The notes: generated by a model not told the origin, from the sequence alone. 64,000 nt of DNA from an uncultured cyanobacterium (GCA_963718615.1 OY970368.1:4608001-4672000); one strand, 5' to 3'; shown: positions 9,666 to 19,697, counted from the stretch's first letter. Numbers and translations are program-made.

Positions 9666-10493
9666 ATGTATCTATTAACAGATAAACAGATGGATGGACT
9701 AGGTAAATCTGCAAGCCCTATTGATTTAGAACATGCAGTTCAACGCAATCTTCACTATGGGAAGGTGCTTCAGTGGCAGCCTAAACTAGGCGCTATTATG
9801 CGCCTAGTCGATTTTTCGCCTCGGCTTTCTGGACTGATTTGGGAAAATTTAAAGAGCTTTGCTGAGGCAGTGGCTAAGTGGCAGCAGGAACAACGGATAT
9901 CGCCACCTGATGGCATTATCGGGCCAAAAACCTGGGCGAAAATGCAGCTTCTGATTCCAGATACTATCCAGCCTGCGCCATCTGCCCAACCCTCTGGGTC
10001 TTTAAATTTAATTCCCTTAGAGTCACCAGGCGGTGGTCGTCTTAAAGACAAAAGTGAGCTAAAGGCATCTGATCAAGTTACCTTTAAACGCTATACCGGA
10101 ACAGAAACGGTGCCGCTTCATCGCCTTGCTGCCTCGGCTTGGGCAGCTTTGATTAGTGCAGCGCGGATGGATGGGATTGCTGAGCCCTTGTTACTACCGT
10201 CGTCGGGCTATCGTTCCGATCAAAGACAAGCCAAAGCATGGGCAAAAGCGCTCAAAAAGTATGGCACTAAGGAACTAGCCAGAAAGTGGGTCGCGCCACC
10301 AGGCAATAGTGCTCATCGGACGGGGCGGGCGATCGATTGTTGGCTCGGCCTGCGCAACGGTAGTGAAAATGTGACTAAATTGCGTCGGCAGCCTGCTTAT
10401 CAGTGGTTAGTGAAAAATGCTTCCCGATTCGGGTTTTATCCCTATTCAGCCGAACCTTGGCATTGGGAATATAATCCGCCTAATCTAGGCTAA
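9666..10493 (+). CDS. PG-binding domain + peptidase M15B (VanY-like D,D-peptidase)
   Basis: DGIIGPKTW; SGYRS..Q, APPGNSAHRTGRAID, EPWHWEY. Confidence 0.85.
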   Translation: MYLLTDKQMDGLGKSASPIDLEHAVQRNLHYGKVLQWQPKLGAIMRLVDFSPRLSGLIWENLKSFAEAVAKWQQEQRISPPDGIIGPKTWAKMQLLIPDTIQPAPSAQPSGSLNLIPLESPGGGRLKDKSELKASDQVTFKRYTGTETVPLHRLAASAWAALISAARMDGIAEPLLLPSSGYRSDQRQAKAWAKALKKYGTKELARKWVAPPGNSAHRTGRAIDCWLGLRNGSENVTKLRRQPAYQWLVKNASRFGFYPYSAEPWHWEYNPPNLG

Positions 10494-10608
10494 CACTGTC
10501 TATTGTGAGTCTCTAATGGATATTAAAGAAGGAATATTAGAGAAGCGATATTAGAGGTCTACTATCGGCTTGGCTAGATTACCCACGCCATTCTCCTGGT
10601 ACAGTGCA

Positions 10609-11511
10609 ATGAAGAACCTTTTCCCAAACCTATCAATTCATTTGAGTCAGCGAAAAGGGGCTTGCGCGCTCGATCCCAGCTTGTTTCTCTCCCACTATGG
10701 CCTGTTGCTGGTTCAATCGTTAGGAGAAGCGGTGGAACTTTGGATAGCGCGAGAATTATGGCATATTCTAGATAGCCCTGAATTTTATCTCAACCACCCA
10801 GAGCCGATTGCCCCCCAAACCAGCTTTGTGCCTCTTATCGGGACTCAAAAAGAAACGTATCAACGACAAGCTCAGAAAAACCGTGTGCAGGTACTTCAGC
10901 ATTGGCAGTCCTATCGAGCGAGAACCCCTCCAACCCAGCTCAACCTATGTTGGCTCGGCGATAAACCTGGAGAGTCTTACTTGCCAGACGGAACCGACCC
11001 AAATCTGATAGAGCATTGGGAAATATTAGCGCGATCGCTCGAAGCCCACGCCCCACAGAACACCCCTAGACTCGAGAATCCACTTACACCCGCCTTCCGA
11101 GACACTGCCGCCCTCGCTGCCGTTTTGGGGTCTGCCTTCATCCTCACGCATCAGACCTCAGATAGCCAAGAAACAATAGACACATCCCCAGAAATTTGCC
11201 AGGCACTCGAAGCATGGGGGATTCCATGCCACAAGATTGATCCTTTAGATACCATAGCTGCTCTAGAGCGAGACTATCTACTTCGGTTAATTATTGATAC
11301 AGGGTGCTCAAAACTTTTATGGGCAGGGCTAAACTTAGTCGTATTGCACTTAGTTGTGCCCCCTGTTGTTACTCCTTATCGTCAGGATCACTATCCGTGG
11401 AACACACATTCTTTACTGAAAGGGTGTGATTCAGAAAGACTAACGTGCATTGTTAATCCTTGGGAGGACGCACGAGGCTTCTGGTATGAGATCTCAGCCA
11501 GCTCAGCCTAA
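10609..11511 (+). CDS. Hypothetical protein upstream of LuxR regulator
   Basis: Long ORF (start 10570 or 10609); CALDPSL...ELWIARELWHILD, possibly degenerate PIN-like. Confidence 0.65.
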   Translation: MKNLFPNLSIHLSQRKGACALDPSLFLSHYGLLLVQSLGEAVELWIARELWHILDSPEFYLNHPEPIAPQTSFVPLIGTQKETYQRQAQKNRVQVLQHWQSYRARTPPTQLNLCWLGDKPGESYLPDGTDPNLIEHWEILARSLEAHAPQNTPRLENPLTPAFRDTAALAAVLGSAFILTHQTSDSQETIDTSPEICQALEAWGIPCHKIDPLDTIAALERDYLLRLIIDTGCSKLLWAGLNLVVLHLVVPPVVTPYRQDHYPWNTHSLLKGCDSERLTCIVNPWEDARGFWYEISASSA

Positions 11512-11612
11512 ATGGAAAGTAAGGTACCTGTGAAGGTACTATTCAGTCTTAGTTTTTCTCTCTAGGATCACAAGTATCAAAGTACGATCCTACCTTTAGC
11601 AGGGTTTTTATC

Positions 11613-12074
11613 ATGGGAAAGCAGGCAAGCTTAGATTTAAAGAAGCAGCGAGATCAAAGCTCTATGGCTTCCGCCATCGTAAGTGACTTCTATGTTAAAG
11701 GCCATCACTATTTGGTTGTTGATGGGAAAGGAAAACTTGAGGATGTGGCTGAGCAAGAATCAGGATTTTCTAGTTGTTGTGTAGACTCTATCGTTGCTCA
11801 ACTCCGTTTAAATGGCGAAGACTATGCCGTAATAGAAGTAAGGAGCTACTCTGTAAAAGAAAGCACTTTGGATGCGAGCACTCTTCTAACAGCCCGAGAA
11901 CTTCAGATTGTTCAATTGGTTGCGAAAGGATACGTTAACAAGCAAATCGCTCATCAGCTACAAATCAGTGAATGGACCGTTTCAACCCATCTTCGCCGAG
12001 TCTTTGCAAAGCTAGGCGTTGATAGCCGTGCTGCAATGGTCTACTCAGTACTCTGTCAAGTTAACCTTCCCTGA
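11613..12074 (+). CDS. LuxR/NarL-family HTH transcriptional regulator without receiver domain
   Basis: LTARELQIVQLVAKGYVNKQIAHQLQISEWTVSTHLRRVFAKLGVDSR. Confidence 0.9.
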   Translation: MGKQASLDLKKQRDQSSMASAIVSDFYVKGHHYLVVDGKGKLEDVAEQESGFSSCCVDSIVAQLRLNGEDYAVIEVRSYSVKESTLDASTLLTARELQIVQLVAKGYVNKQIAHQLQISEWTVSTHLRRVFAKLGVDSRAAMVYSVLCQVNLP

Positions 12075-12180
12075 AACATTAGACAGTGAACTTTCAGCCA
12101 ATGGCTGCCGGTATCATTAAAATCCAAGCTGAAGAAGTTATGAAGTTGCAGCATTAGTTGGGCGATAGAGCCAACTGCAA

Positions 12181-12279
12181 GGGAGCGTTCAGATGGTTCA
12201 GATTTTTGTGTAAATCCCCAAAAACAAACGAAATGATAAGGGTTTTAACCTGGTTCTACCCGATTTTGTGAACACTCCC
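12181..12279. mobile_element. ~99-bp MITE-like element
   Basis: Terminal inverted repeats GGGAGCGTTCAGA / TGTGAACACTCCC; sits exactly where the HepT gene is cut. Confidence 0.5.
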
Positions 12280-12433
12280 CACGCGCTGCCTCACCAGTGA
12301 CTTGAAGTTGATACAACATCCAAGTTTGAATCAACTCCTGCTCCACAAACGCAGCCTTCCCCTGAACCGCATACTGCTCAATCTTGGCGATCGCCTCAGC
12401 CATATCCTCCAGCTACTCAATATCCCGCCTCAC
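12280..12433 (-). pseudogene. HepT/DUF86 toxin, amber stop at codon 7 and 3'-truncated
   Basis: Manual translation MRRDIE*LEDMAEAIAKIEQY...ELIQTWMLYQLQVTGEAAR; GTGA overlap with MNT gene. Confidence 0.75.
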
Positions 12434-12840
12434 AACGCCACCGCCTCCCCCAACACCTCCTCCCGCACCGACTCCCGCAACTGCTTCGCCACCACCACAT
12501 CCACCCGCCGTCCCAACAACGCCGACAAATCCCGCATCAGCTCCACCGGAAACCAAGGCTTCGTCACCCCACAAACATCCACCAAAAAATCCACATCACT
12601 ATCCGCCTGAGCCTCCCCCCGCGCCACCGAACCAAACACCCGCACATTTCCCACACCGTGCTCCTGAGCCAGCGCCAAAATCTCATCCCGAAACGCCAAC
12701 ACATCCTCCAGCCGATACCCCACCCGGTTCTGAGGCGTGGGCCAATCTGCTAGCCACTCCAAATGCTTCACCAGCCGCAGAATGTCATCCCGAGATAGAG
12801 ATTCCGCCTGTTGTAAGATTTGTTCTAAAGCTGCGCCCAT
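12430..12840 (-). CDS. Minimal nucleotidyltransferase (MNT) antitoxin
   Basis: VRVFGSVARGEAQADSDVDFLVD. Confidence 0.85.
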   Translation of the reverse strand: MGAALEQILQQAESLSRDDILRLVKHLEWLADWPTPQNRVGYRLEDVLAFRDEILALAQEHGVGNVRVFGSVARGEAQADSDVDFLVDVCGVTKPWFPVELMRDLSALLGRRVDVVVAKQLRESVREEVLGEAVAL

Positions 12841-12892
12841 GCTGCCGACCTGGTAAGGGGGTGTTCTACTATTCTAAATTCTACATTTACCC

Positions 12893-13894
12893 ATGGAACT
12901 GACCGGAGCCCAACTTGCTCAATTCCAACAAGCCCTGCTCAGCGCCTTCCCCAGCAAAGCCAAGCTGGCGCAGATGGTCAGTTTTCACCTTGATGAGAAT
13001 TTGGATGCGATCGCCGGAGGCCAAAACCTCTCCGACCTCACCTTCAGCCTACTCCAACACCACCAAGCCCACGGCACCCTCGACCAACTCCTCAGCGCAG
13101 CACTCACAGAAAACCCCAATAACCCAACCCTACAAGACTTTGCAAGAGCACTCCAGAATCCAACCCCAAAACCAATACCCCCTAACGCAACCAGCACAAC
13201 CTTCACGCAAACCAGCTCCGGCGGCACCAACTTCCAAACCCAAGTGACCGGCGGACAAGTTCATCAAGCCCAGACCATCAATATCTACCACGGTTCTACC
13301 CCGCCCCACGACACAGCCTCACCCCGCGAAACAGCTCAAACTCCCGGCTACACCGAAAACGATCCAGCCCGCCGATATCTCAATAACGTTCTCAAAAAAC
13401 TCACCCAAAACGGCGCAACCACTCTCCCTTTAAGCGAAACCAACTCCACCCTCGATCTCATCGCCAAAATCACCGATTTCGAACCCGGTCTCGGCATGCG
13501 CGGCGACGCCTTCTTCCTCTTCGCCAGCTTCGACAGCCTCACCCCCGCCGGACTCCGCACCTACTCCGCCCAGTGCCTCAACCTCGCCCAAAGCTACCCC
13601 ACCTCATCCCCCGGACGCGCCATTTTCAACTTCCGAGTCCCCACCCGCTGCTGTTTCTCCGTCGCGATCGTCCAACAACTCGACAGCACCACCGCCACCA
13701 CCATCCGCAACAACAACCCCTTCAAAGATGCCGTAGACGTACTCTGGTACGAAATTCCCGTCATCTTCGACCTCAGTCAACGGCAACTCGTCTACTATCA
13801 AGCAGCCAGCGATTTCTGGGAGAACTTTCGCGGCGAAATTGCCTGGAAAAAACTGCGAGAAACCATTCAGCAACTTCTAGATTCTCAAGGCTAA
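12893..13894 (+). CDS. EAD1 (effector-associated domain 1) protein with unknown C-terminal domain
   Basis: N-terminus MELTGAQL..FQQALLSAFP....L.QMV.F.LDENLDAIA...L..A..ENP.N is EAD1-like. Confidence 0.75.
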   Translation: MELTGAQLAQFQQALLSAFPSKAKLAQMVSFHLDENLDAIAGGQNLSDLTFSLLQHHQAHGTLDQLLSAALTENPNNPTLQDFARALQNPTPKPIPPNATSTTFTQTSSGGTNFQTQVTGGQVHQAQTINIYHGSTPPHDTASPRETAQTPGYTENDPARRYLNNVLKKLTQNGATTLPLSETNSTLDLIAKITDFEPGLGMRGDAFFLFASFDSLTPAGLRTYSAQCLNLAQSYPTSSPGRAIFNFRVPTRCCFSVAIVQQLDSTTATTIRNNNPFKDAVDVLWYEIPVIFDLSQRQLVYYQAASDFWENFRGEIAWKKLRETIQQLLDSQG

Positions 13895-14146
13895 TAAACC
13901 CCTTGCATGAATTCTAACCGGCACTCTGTGATCTTCTCTTGCCTTGAGCGATTGTTTTCTAGACAAGCTCCCATAACCCGATGCTACAAGTTAGTCTCCG
14001 ACTCATTGGATCGTCCGGCAGACCGTTGCGTCTGAGGTTCCCCAGGCTATACGGTCATGTGGAACTATGTGCAGTTTTGTTCTCCTTCGTTGTTAAGCAA
14101 TAATCTGGAACTAGGGCATTGCAACCCTTCTCCCCCTTTGGTTTGC

Positions 14147-15409
14147 TTAATCCATCAAATTCTGAAAAAATTCAATCGTATCCTTCAACTCCTCCACAAA
14201 CGTATCAATTTCATCCCGAGTATTGTAGAGATACAAACTCGCCCGCGCCGTCGCAGAAAGCCCCAACGCCCGATGGAGCGGCTGGGTACAGTGGTGCCCC
14301 GTACGAATAGCGATGCCGGATTGATCGAGCATCGTTGCCAAATCCGTCGGGTGTAAGTTCTCAACCGTAAACGCCGCCAAGGCTGCTCGCCCGCTGCCGT
14401 TTGCTTGGGGTTGAGGGCCATAGAGGGTCAGTTCCGGCACTGCATTGAGTTGCTTGAACAAATAAGCTGTGAGTTCCTGCTCATAGGCATGAACCCGATC
14501 CATACCAATTTGAGTGAGATAGTCTACCGCTGCACCGAGGGCGATCGCCTCGGCGATCGCAGGCGTCCCCGCTTCAAACTTATGAGGCAAATCCGCATAG
14601 GTCGAGTGATCTAGATAGACATCCTGAATCATCTCGCCTCCACCCAAAAACGGTGGCATGGACCGGAGCAAGTCTAGTTTGCCATACAAGAACCCAATCC
14701 CCGTTGGCCCACACATCTTATGTCCAGAAGCCACGAGCCAGTCGCAGTCGAGCTGTTGAACATCTAGGGGCAAGTGGGGCGCGCTTTGACAGGCATCGAT
14801 CAGAACTCTTGCGCCTTGGCGGTGGGCGATCGCCACAATCTCTTCCACCGGGTTAATGCAGCCCAGAGTATTAGACACATGCACGATCGAGACCAGCTTG
14901 GTTTTAGGCCCAACCAAGCTACGGAAATGATCCAGATCAAACTCACCGGTTTCCGTCACCTGCACATGCTTCAGCACGGCTCCAGTCCGCTGGGTCACAA
15001 ACTGCCAAGGCACTAAATTGCTATGGTGTTCCATCACGGACAAAATGATTTCATCCCCAGCCTCAAGCTGCGTCATCCCCCAGGCGTAGGCCACCAGATT
15101 AATCGCTTCCGTGGCGTTGCGGGTATAGACAATTTCCTTAAACGAGGTTGCATTGATAAACCGCGCAACTTTCTCCCTTGCTGCCTCGTAGGATTCCGTC
15201 GCCCTCGCGCTGAGGGTATGGGCACCGCGATGGACGTTGGAATGATCAACGCGATAGTAATGTTGCAATTCTTCGAGCACCGCAATCGGCTTTTGAGAAC
15301 TTGCAGCACTATCAAAATAAATCAGCGGTTTGCCGTTAACTTCCTGCTTGAGAATTGGGAAATCAGCGCGAACTTGATCGGCTAGGGAAGGAGCAAGGGT
15401 GAGGGTCAT
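14147..15409 (-). CDS. sufS: Cysteine desulfurase SufS
   Basis: [29 protein letters not shown]. Confidence 0.97.
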   Translation of the reverse strand: MTLTLAPSLADQVRADFPILKQEVNGKPLIYFDSAASSQKPIAVLEELQHYYRVDHSNVHRGAHTLSARATESYEAAREKVARFINATSFKEIVYTRNATEAINLVAYAWGMTQLEAGDEIILSVMEHHSNLVPWQFVTQRTGAVLKHVQVTETGEFDLDHFRSLVGPKTKLVSIVHVSNTLGCINPVEEIVAIAHRQGARVLIDACQSAPHLPLDVQQLDCDWLVASGHKMCGPTGIGFLYGKLDLLRSMPPFLGGGEMIQDVYLDHSTYADLPHKFEAGTPAIAEAIALGAAVDYLTQIGMDRVHAYEQELTAYLFKQLNAVPELTLYGPQPQANGSGRAALAAFTVENLHPTDLATMLDQSGIAIRTGHHCTQPLHRALGLSATARASLYLYNTRDEIDTFVEELKDTIEFFQNLMD

Positions 15410-16812
15410 GGGTTTAGAGCTGTTAGCTGCATCACATGCTGAATAAGACTTTGCCGCAAAGCTCCGACGGGAAGCTTTTGTAAAATTTCCGTCGTAAAGG
15501 CTTCGATCAACAACCGCTGGGCGTTCTCGCGATCGATGCCGCGACTTTGCAAATAGAAGATTTCGTCATCCTCCAATTGACTGACCGTGGCCCCGTGGGT
15601 GCATTTGACATCATCCGCCACGATTTCGAGTTGGGGTTTTGTATCGATACGGGCGCGGTTAGACAACAGCAAATTGCGGTTGAGCTGGGTCGCATTGGTT
15701 TGCTGCGCGGCTTGGGGGACATCGACTCGACCGCTAAAAACCGAACGGGCGTTGTCCGTGGCGATCGCCTTATACAACTGATCGCTTTGACAATGGGGTT
15801 CCCGATACTGAATATTGCTGTGGGTATCGACGAGACGGTGATTGGAGGCGATCGCCAACCCATACAAGTTGCTCTCTACCTGGGTACCGTCGTGATGCAC
15901 CTCCAAATTGTGCCGAGACAAAGCTCCGCCAAGCTGCACCGCAATGTTGGTATAGCGACTGTCCCGAGCCTGGAGCACCGCCGTTTTGTTGAGGAAAAAC
16001 GCTGCATCATTGTCTCGCTGGATCAGGCTGTGACGCACTTCAGCGTTATCCTTGAGCACCAGTTCCGTCACCGCATTGGTGAAGGCTTGGCCTTGGCCGA
16101 GGCTCACATAGTCCTCAATCAGGGTCAGGCTGCTGCCTGCTTCTGCAACAACCAAGGTACGCGGATTCGCAAGGGTGGCTCCAGCCGTTGAAACAAACAG
16201 AAGATGAATCGGTTGCTCAACCGTGGCATTACGCTGAGCCTGAATCACCGCAAGATCGCGAAAACTGGCGGTATTCAATGTCGTAAACACCTCATCTGCG
16301 TCGGGGAGTTTGGCGAGGTGCGTGGTATCGGTCAAGACTGAGGCATTGCCCAGAACAAGGGTTTCCCCTATCCCAGCCAAGTCCGACCATTCCGCCGAAA
16401 ACACACCATCCACAAACACCAGACGATGGGTATCCGGCAAAACATAGGGTGCAATCCAATCCCCCGTCAGGACGAATTGCGGTTCGTCCTGCCCTTGCAC
16501 CGCGCCTGCTGCCACAAAGTTAGCCGAGAGCAATTTCGATAAATCTGTAAACCGCCAAGCCTCATCACGGGTGGAGGGAATGGCCAATTCAGGAATGCGG
16601 GCTGCGGCTTGGGTTTGGAGCTTAGCGATGCCTTCGAAAGCTTGCGCAGCAATCGGGGTTGCTTCGTCATCAGTCTGGACGAACTGCCGTTCGTTCCTAC
16701 GGTCGCGGGCGATTACTAATAAACCCATCAGATAGGCCGCGCGTTTTTCCGCTGGGGATTGACGGACCTCGCGATCAGAATTGGTAACGACCTGAGATAG
16801 AGCTGCATTCAT
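15406..16812 (-). CDS. sufD: Fe-S assembly protein SufD
   Basis: [19 protein letters not shown]; operon position. Confidence 0.95.
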   Translation of the reverse strand: MNAALSQVVTNSDREVRQSPAEKRAAYLMGLLVIARDRRNERQFVQTDDEATPIAAQAFEGIAKLQTQAAARIPELAIPSTRDEAWRFTDLSKLLSANFVAAGAVQGQDEPQFVLTGDWIAPYVLPDTHRLVFVDGVFSAEWSDLAGIGETLVLGNASVLTDTTHLAKLPDADEVFTTLNTASFRDLAVIQAQRNATVEQPIHLLFVSTAGATLANPRTLVVAEAGSSLTLIEDYVSLGQGQAFTNAVTELVLKDNAEVRHSLIQRDNDAAFFLNKTAVLQARDSRYTNIAVQLGGALSRHNLEVHHDGTQVESNLYGLAIASNHRLVDTHSNIQYREPHCQSDQLYKAIATDNARSVFSGRVDVPQAAQQTNATQLNRNLLLSNRARIDTKPQLEIVADDVKCTHGATVSQLEDDEIFYLQSRGIDRENAQRLLIEAFTTEILQKLPVGALRQSLIQHVMQLTALNP

Positions 16813-17597
16813 GAGGCCACCCCCACCGCAAGCTGTTCATCGATCCAGTCATAGCCCTTATCTTCCAGCTTAAGGGCAAGTTCTTTACCACCGGTTTTAA
16901 TGATTTTGCCATCGTACATGACATGAACAAAGTCGGGTGTAATGTAGTTGAGCAGGCGCTGGTAGTGGGTGATCATAATCGTGGCGTTGGTCTCATTGGT
17001 GAGTTGATTCACCCCCTCGGCTACGATTCGCAAGGCATCAATATCCAAACCCGAATCTGTCTCATCTAAAATCGCCAGGGAAGGCTCTAGCAACGCCATT
17101 TGCAAAATCTCATTGCGCTTCTTCTCCCCACCGGAAAAGCCCTCGTTGACGCTGCGGTTCAAAAAGGCCGGGTCCATTTTGACAACGCCCAACTTTTCTT
17201 CGACGACTTCATCAAAATCAAAGGCATCCAGTTCTTCTAATCCCTGAGCTTTGCGACGGCTGTTGTAGGCGACGCGCAGGAAATCGAGGTTGCTGACGCC
17301 GGGAATTTCTAAGGGATATTGGAAGGCAAGAAAGACACCTTGGCGCGATCGCTCCTCCGGCTCCAACTCCAACAACTCCTTGCCCTGGAACAGCACTTCA
17401 CCCCCCGTGATCTCATAGGCTGGATGCCCTGCCAAAACCTTTGACAACGTACTTTTCCCAGACCCATTGCGTCCCATAATCGCGTGGATTTCTCCCGCCT
17501 TGACTTCGAGGTTAACACCTTTCAAGATCGGGGTTCCATTAATCGTTGCTGTCAAATCCTTGACTGAAAGAATGACGTCGCTATTTTCAATAATCAC
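16809..17597 (-). CDS. sufC: Fe-S assembly ATPase SufC
   Basis: [20 protein letters not shown]. Confidence 0.97.
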   Translation of the reverse strand: MIIENSDVILSVKDLTATINGTPILKGVNLEVKAGEIHAIMGRNGSGKSTLSKVLAGHPAYEITGGEVLFQGKELLELEPEERSRQGVFLAFQYPLEIPGVSNLDFLRVAYNSRRKAQGLEELDAFDFDEVVEEKLGVVKMDPAFLNRSVNEGFSGGEKKRNEILQMALLEPSLAILDETDSGLDIDALRIVAEGVNQLTNETNATIMITHYQRLLNYITPDFVHVMYDGKIIKTGGKELALKLEDKGYDWIDEQLAVGVAS

Positions 17598-17638
17598 AAA
17601 TCTTCTCCTCCCTGCAAATCCCCAATTGCTTTTCGCCT

Positions 17639-17671
17639 AGACACCGGGTATTGGCACAACACCCGGTGTCT
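17639..17671. other. GC-rich hairpin in sufB-sufC spacer
   Basis: agacaccggg...cccggtgtct inverted repeat. Confidence 0.5.
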
Positions 17672-17696
17672 CCATTCCCTTCAAGGCCGGGTCCTT

Positions 17697-19133
17697 TTAT
17701 CCGACCGCTCCCTCTAATTTGAGGCTCAGCAGCTTATCTGCCTCCACTGCAAACTCCATGGGCAACTGATTAAACACATCCTTACAAAAGCCGCTGATCA
17801 TCATCGAGACCGCATCTTCCAAGGAAATGCCCCGCTGCATCAGATAGAACAACTGGTCTTCACCAATTTTGGAGGTTGAAGCCTCGTGCTCTACCTTAGC
17901 TCCAGGGTTTTGGACCTGGATGTAGGGGAAGGTGTTGGCGGCGGCGCGATCGCCAATCAGCATCGAGTCACACTGGGAATAATTTCGAGCCCCCTCCGCC
18001 TTCGGCCCAATCTTCACCAATCCCCGATAGCTATTGGAAGAGCGCCCCGCCGAAATCCCCTTGGAGACAATCGTGCTGCGGGTATTCTTGCCAATGTGGA
18101 CCATCTTGGTGCCGGTGTCTGCCTGCTGCATGTTGTTGGTTAGCGCCACGGAGTAGAACTCGCCGACGGAGTTATCGCCAACAAGAACGCAACTGGGATA
18201 TTTCCAGGTAATCGCCGAACCGGTTTCTACCTGGGTCCAGGAGATCTTGGAGTTTTTCCCCTTGCAAAGACCCCGCTTCGTGACAAAGTTGTAGATTCCA
18301 CCCTTGCCGTTCTCGTCGCCCGCAAACCAGTTCTGCACCGTGGAGTATTTGATGTCGGCATTTTCTAACGCCACCAGCTCCACCACCGCCGCATGGAGTT
18401 GATTCGTATCAAACATAGGTGCGGTGCAGCCTTCCAGATAGCTCACTTGGCTGTCGTCTTCCGCAATGATCAGCGTCCGCTCAAACTGCCCCGTATCGCC
18501 GCTATTGATGCGGAAATAGGTAGACAATTCCATCGGACACTTCACGCCTTTGGGAATATAAACAAACGAGCCATCGCTAAACACCGCCGAATTGAGCGCC
18601 GCAAAATAGTTGTCGCCCACGGGCACCACAGACCCCAGGTATTGCTTGACCAGGTCGGGATAGTCCAGTACTGCCTCGGAAATCGAGCAGAAGATCACGC
18701 CATGCTTGGCCAGATCCTTGCGAAATGTCGTGGCGATCGACACACTATCAAACACTGCATCCACCGCCACGTTGGACAAGCGCTTCTGTTCTGAAAGCGG
18801 CAATCCTAACTTCTCAAAGGTTTCCAGCAGGGCCGGGTCTACCTCGTCAAGACTTGTCTTTTTCTCTTGTCTCTTCGGTGCAGCGTAGTAAACGATATTT
18901 TGGTAGTCAATCTTGGGATAGCCCACCGCCGCCCAGTCCGGCTCCGTCATCGTCAGCCACTTGGCATAGGCTTTCAAACGGAACTCCAGCATGAACTCCG
19001 GCTCGTTCTTCTTGGCAGAAATCAGCCGAACCACAGCTTCACTGAGACCTTTAGGAATTTTTTCCGTCTCAATGTCCGTGATGAAGCCGTACTTGTAAGG
19101 CTGGTTAACTAGGGTTTGGACAGAAGCGCTCAT
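17697..19133 (-). CDS. sufB: Fe-S assembly protein SufB
   Basis: [30 protein letters not shown]. Confidence 0.97.
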   Translation of the reverse strand: MSASVQTLVNQPYKYGFITDIETEKIPKGLSEAVVRLISAKKNEPEFMLEFRLKAYAKWLTMTEPDWAAVGYPKIDYQNIVYYAAPKRQEKKTSLDEVDPALLETFEKLGLPLSEQKRLSNVAVDAVFDSVSIATTFRKDLAKHGVIFCSISEAVLDYPDLVKQYLGSVVPVGDNYFAALNSAVFSDGSFVYIPKGVKCPMELSTYFRINSGDTGQFERTLIIAEDDSQVSYLEGCTAPMFDTNQLHAAVVELVALENADIKYSTVQNWFAGDENGKGGIYNFVTKRGLCKGKNSKISWTQVETGSAITWKYPSCVLVGDNSVGEFYSVALTNNMQQADTGTKMVHIGKNTRSTIVSKGISAGRSSNSYRGLVKIGPKAEGARNYSQCDSMLIGDRAAANTFPYIQVQNPGAKVEHEASTSKIGEDQLFYLMQRGISLEDAVSMMISGFCKDVFNQLPMEFAVEADKLLSLKLEGAVG

Positions 19134-19150
19134 GAATTTCGCGGCTGATC

Positions 19151-19525
19151 TCAGCTAGCAGTGACGTAGGCGTTAGTCGTGGCGCGGATTTCTTCTATGG
19201 AGATTTCTTGCTTGTCTCCGGCGAAGTCGTTATCCGGCGTCAGAAAGAGCATGCAGTGGCATTCGTGGCGCTCTCGCATGGGGACGCAGGGGCAATTCCA
19301 ATAGGCCGCTGCGGCTTCTGCTTCTTTATCTTCGTAGTGGCGGCAGGGACAGAGCGGGGCACCCAGCTCATCTTTATGCTTGGCCAACCCCTCAATGACC
19401 ACCGCCGTCACACCGAGATCGACGCAGAAGTAGGTGCTGCTGCGCTGGGCATAGGTCTGCGAGAACTTTCTCATCGCCTCTAGGCTCTTTTCAGAGGCCT
19501 GGGAGGGGCCGGTAGAGGTAGACAT
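19151..19525 (-). CDS. ftrC: Ferredoxin-thioredoxin reductase catalytic subunit
   Basis: CPC, CPC, CHC motifs. Confidence 0.95.
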   Translation of the reverse strand: MSTSTGPSQASEKSLEAMRKFSQTYAQRSSTYFCVDLGVTAVVIEGLAKHKDELGAPLCPCRHYEDKEAEAAAAYWNCPCVPMRERHECHCMLFLTPDNDFAGDKQEISIEEIRATTNAYVTAS

Positions 19526-19571
19526 AGGGAAGTGGTTGTGAAACAAACAGGTGGACTATAATCTAGTAAAA

Positions 19572-19626
19572 CAACATCATCGTTGCTTTACTCGATCATA
19601 ACGCTACTTTAGCAACAGGTCTGTTG
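19572..19626. promoter_or_regulatory. Two SufR operators CAAC-N6-GTTG
   Basis: CAACATCATCGTTG (19572-19585) and CAACAGGTCTGTTG (19613-19626) in the divergent ftrC/sufR promoter. Confidence 0.85.
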
Positions 19627-19697
19627 TCAAAGTCCCGTTAATAATTATTTAAGGTTAATGTTTACGTCTCGTTGGCCTGTTAAGAGAACCGTAAGGC

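Noticed and set aside
2159-12074. Intact prophage or contractile injection system
   Set aside because: No recognisable integrase, terminase/packaging ATPase, portal, sheath, tube, baseplate or replication genes
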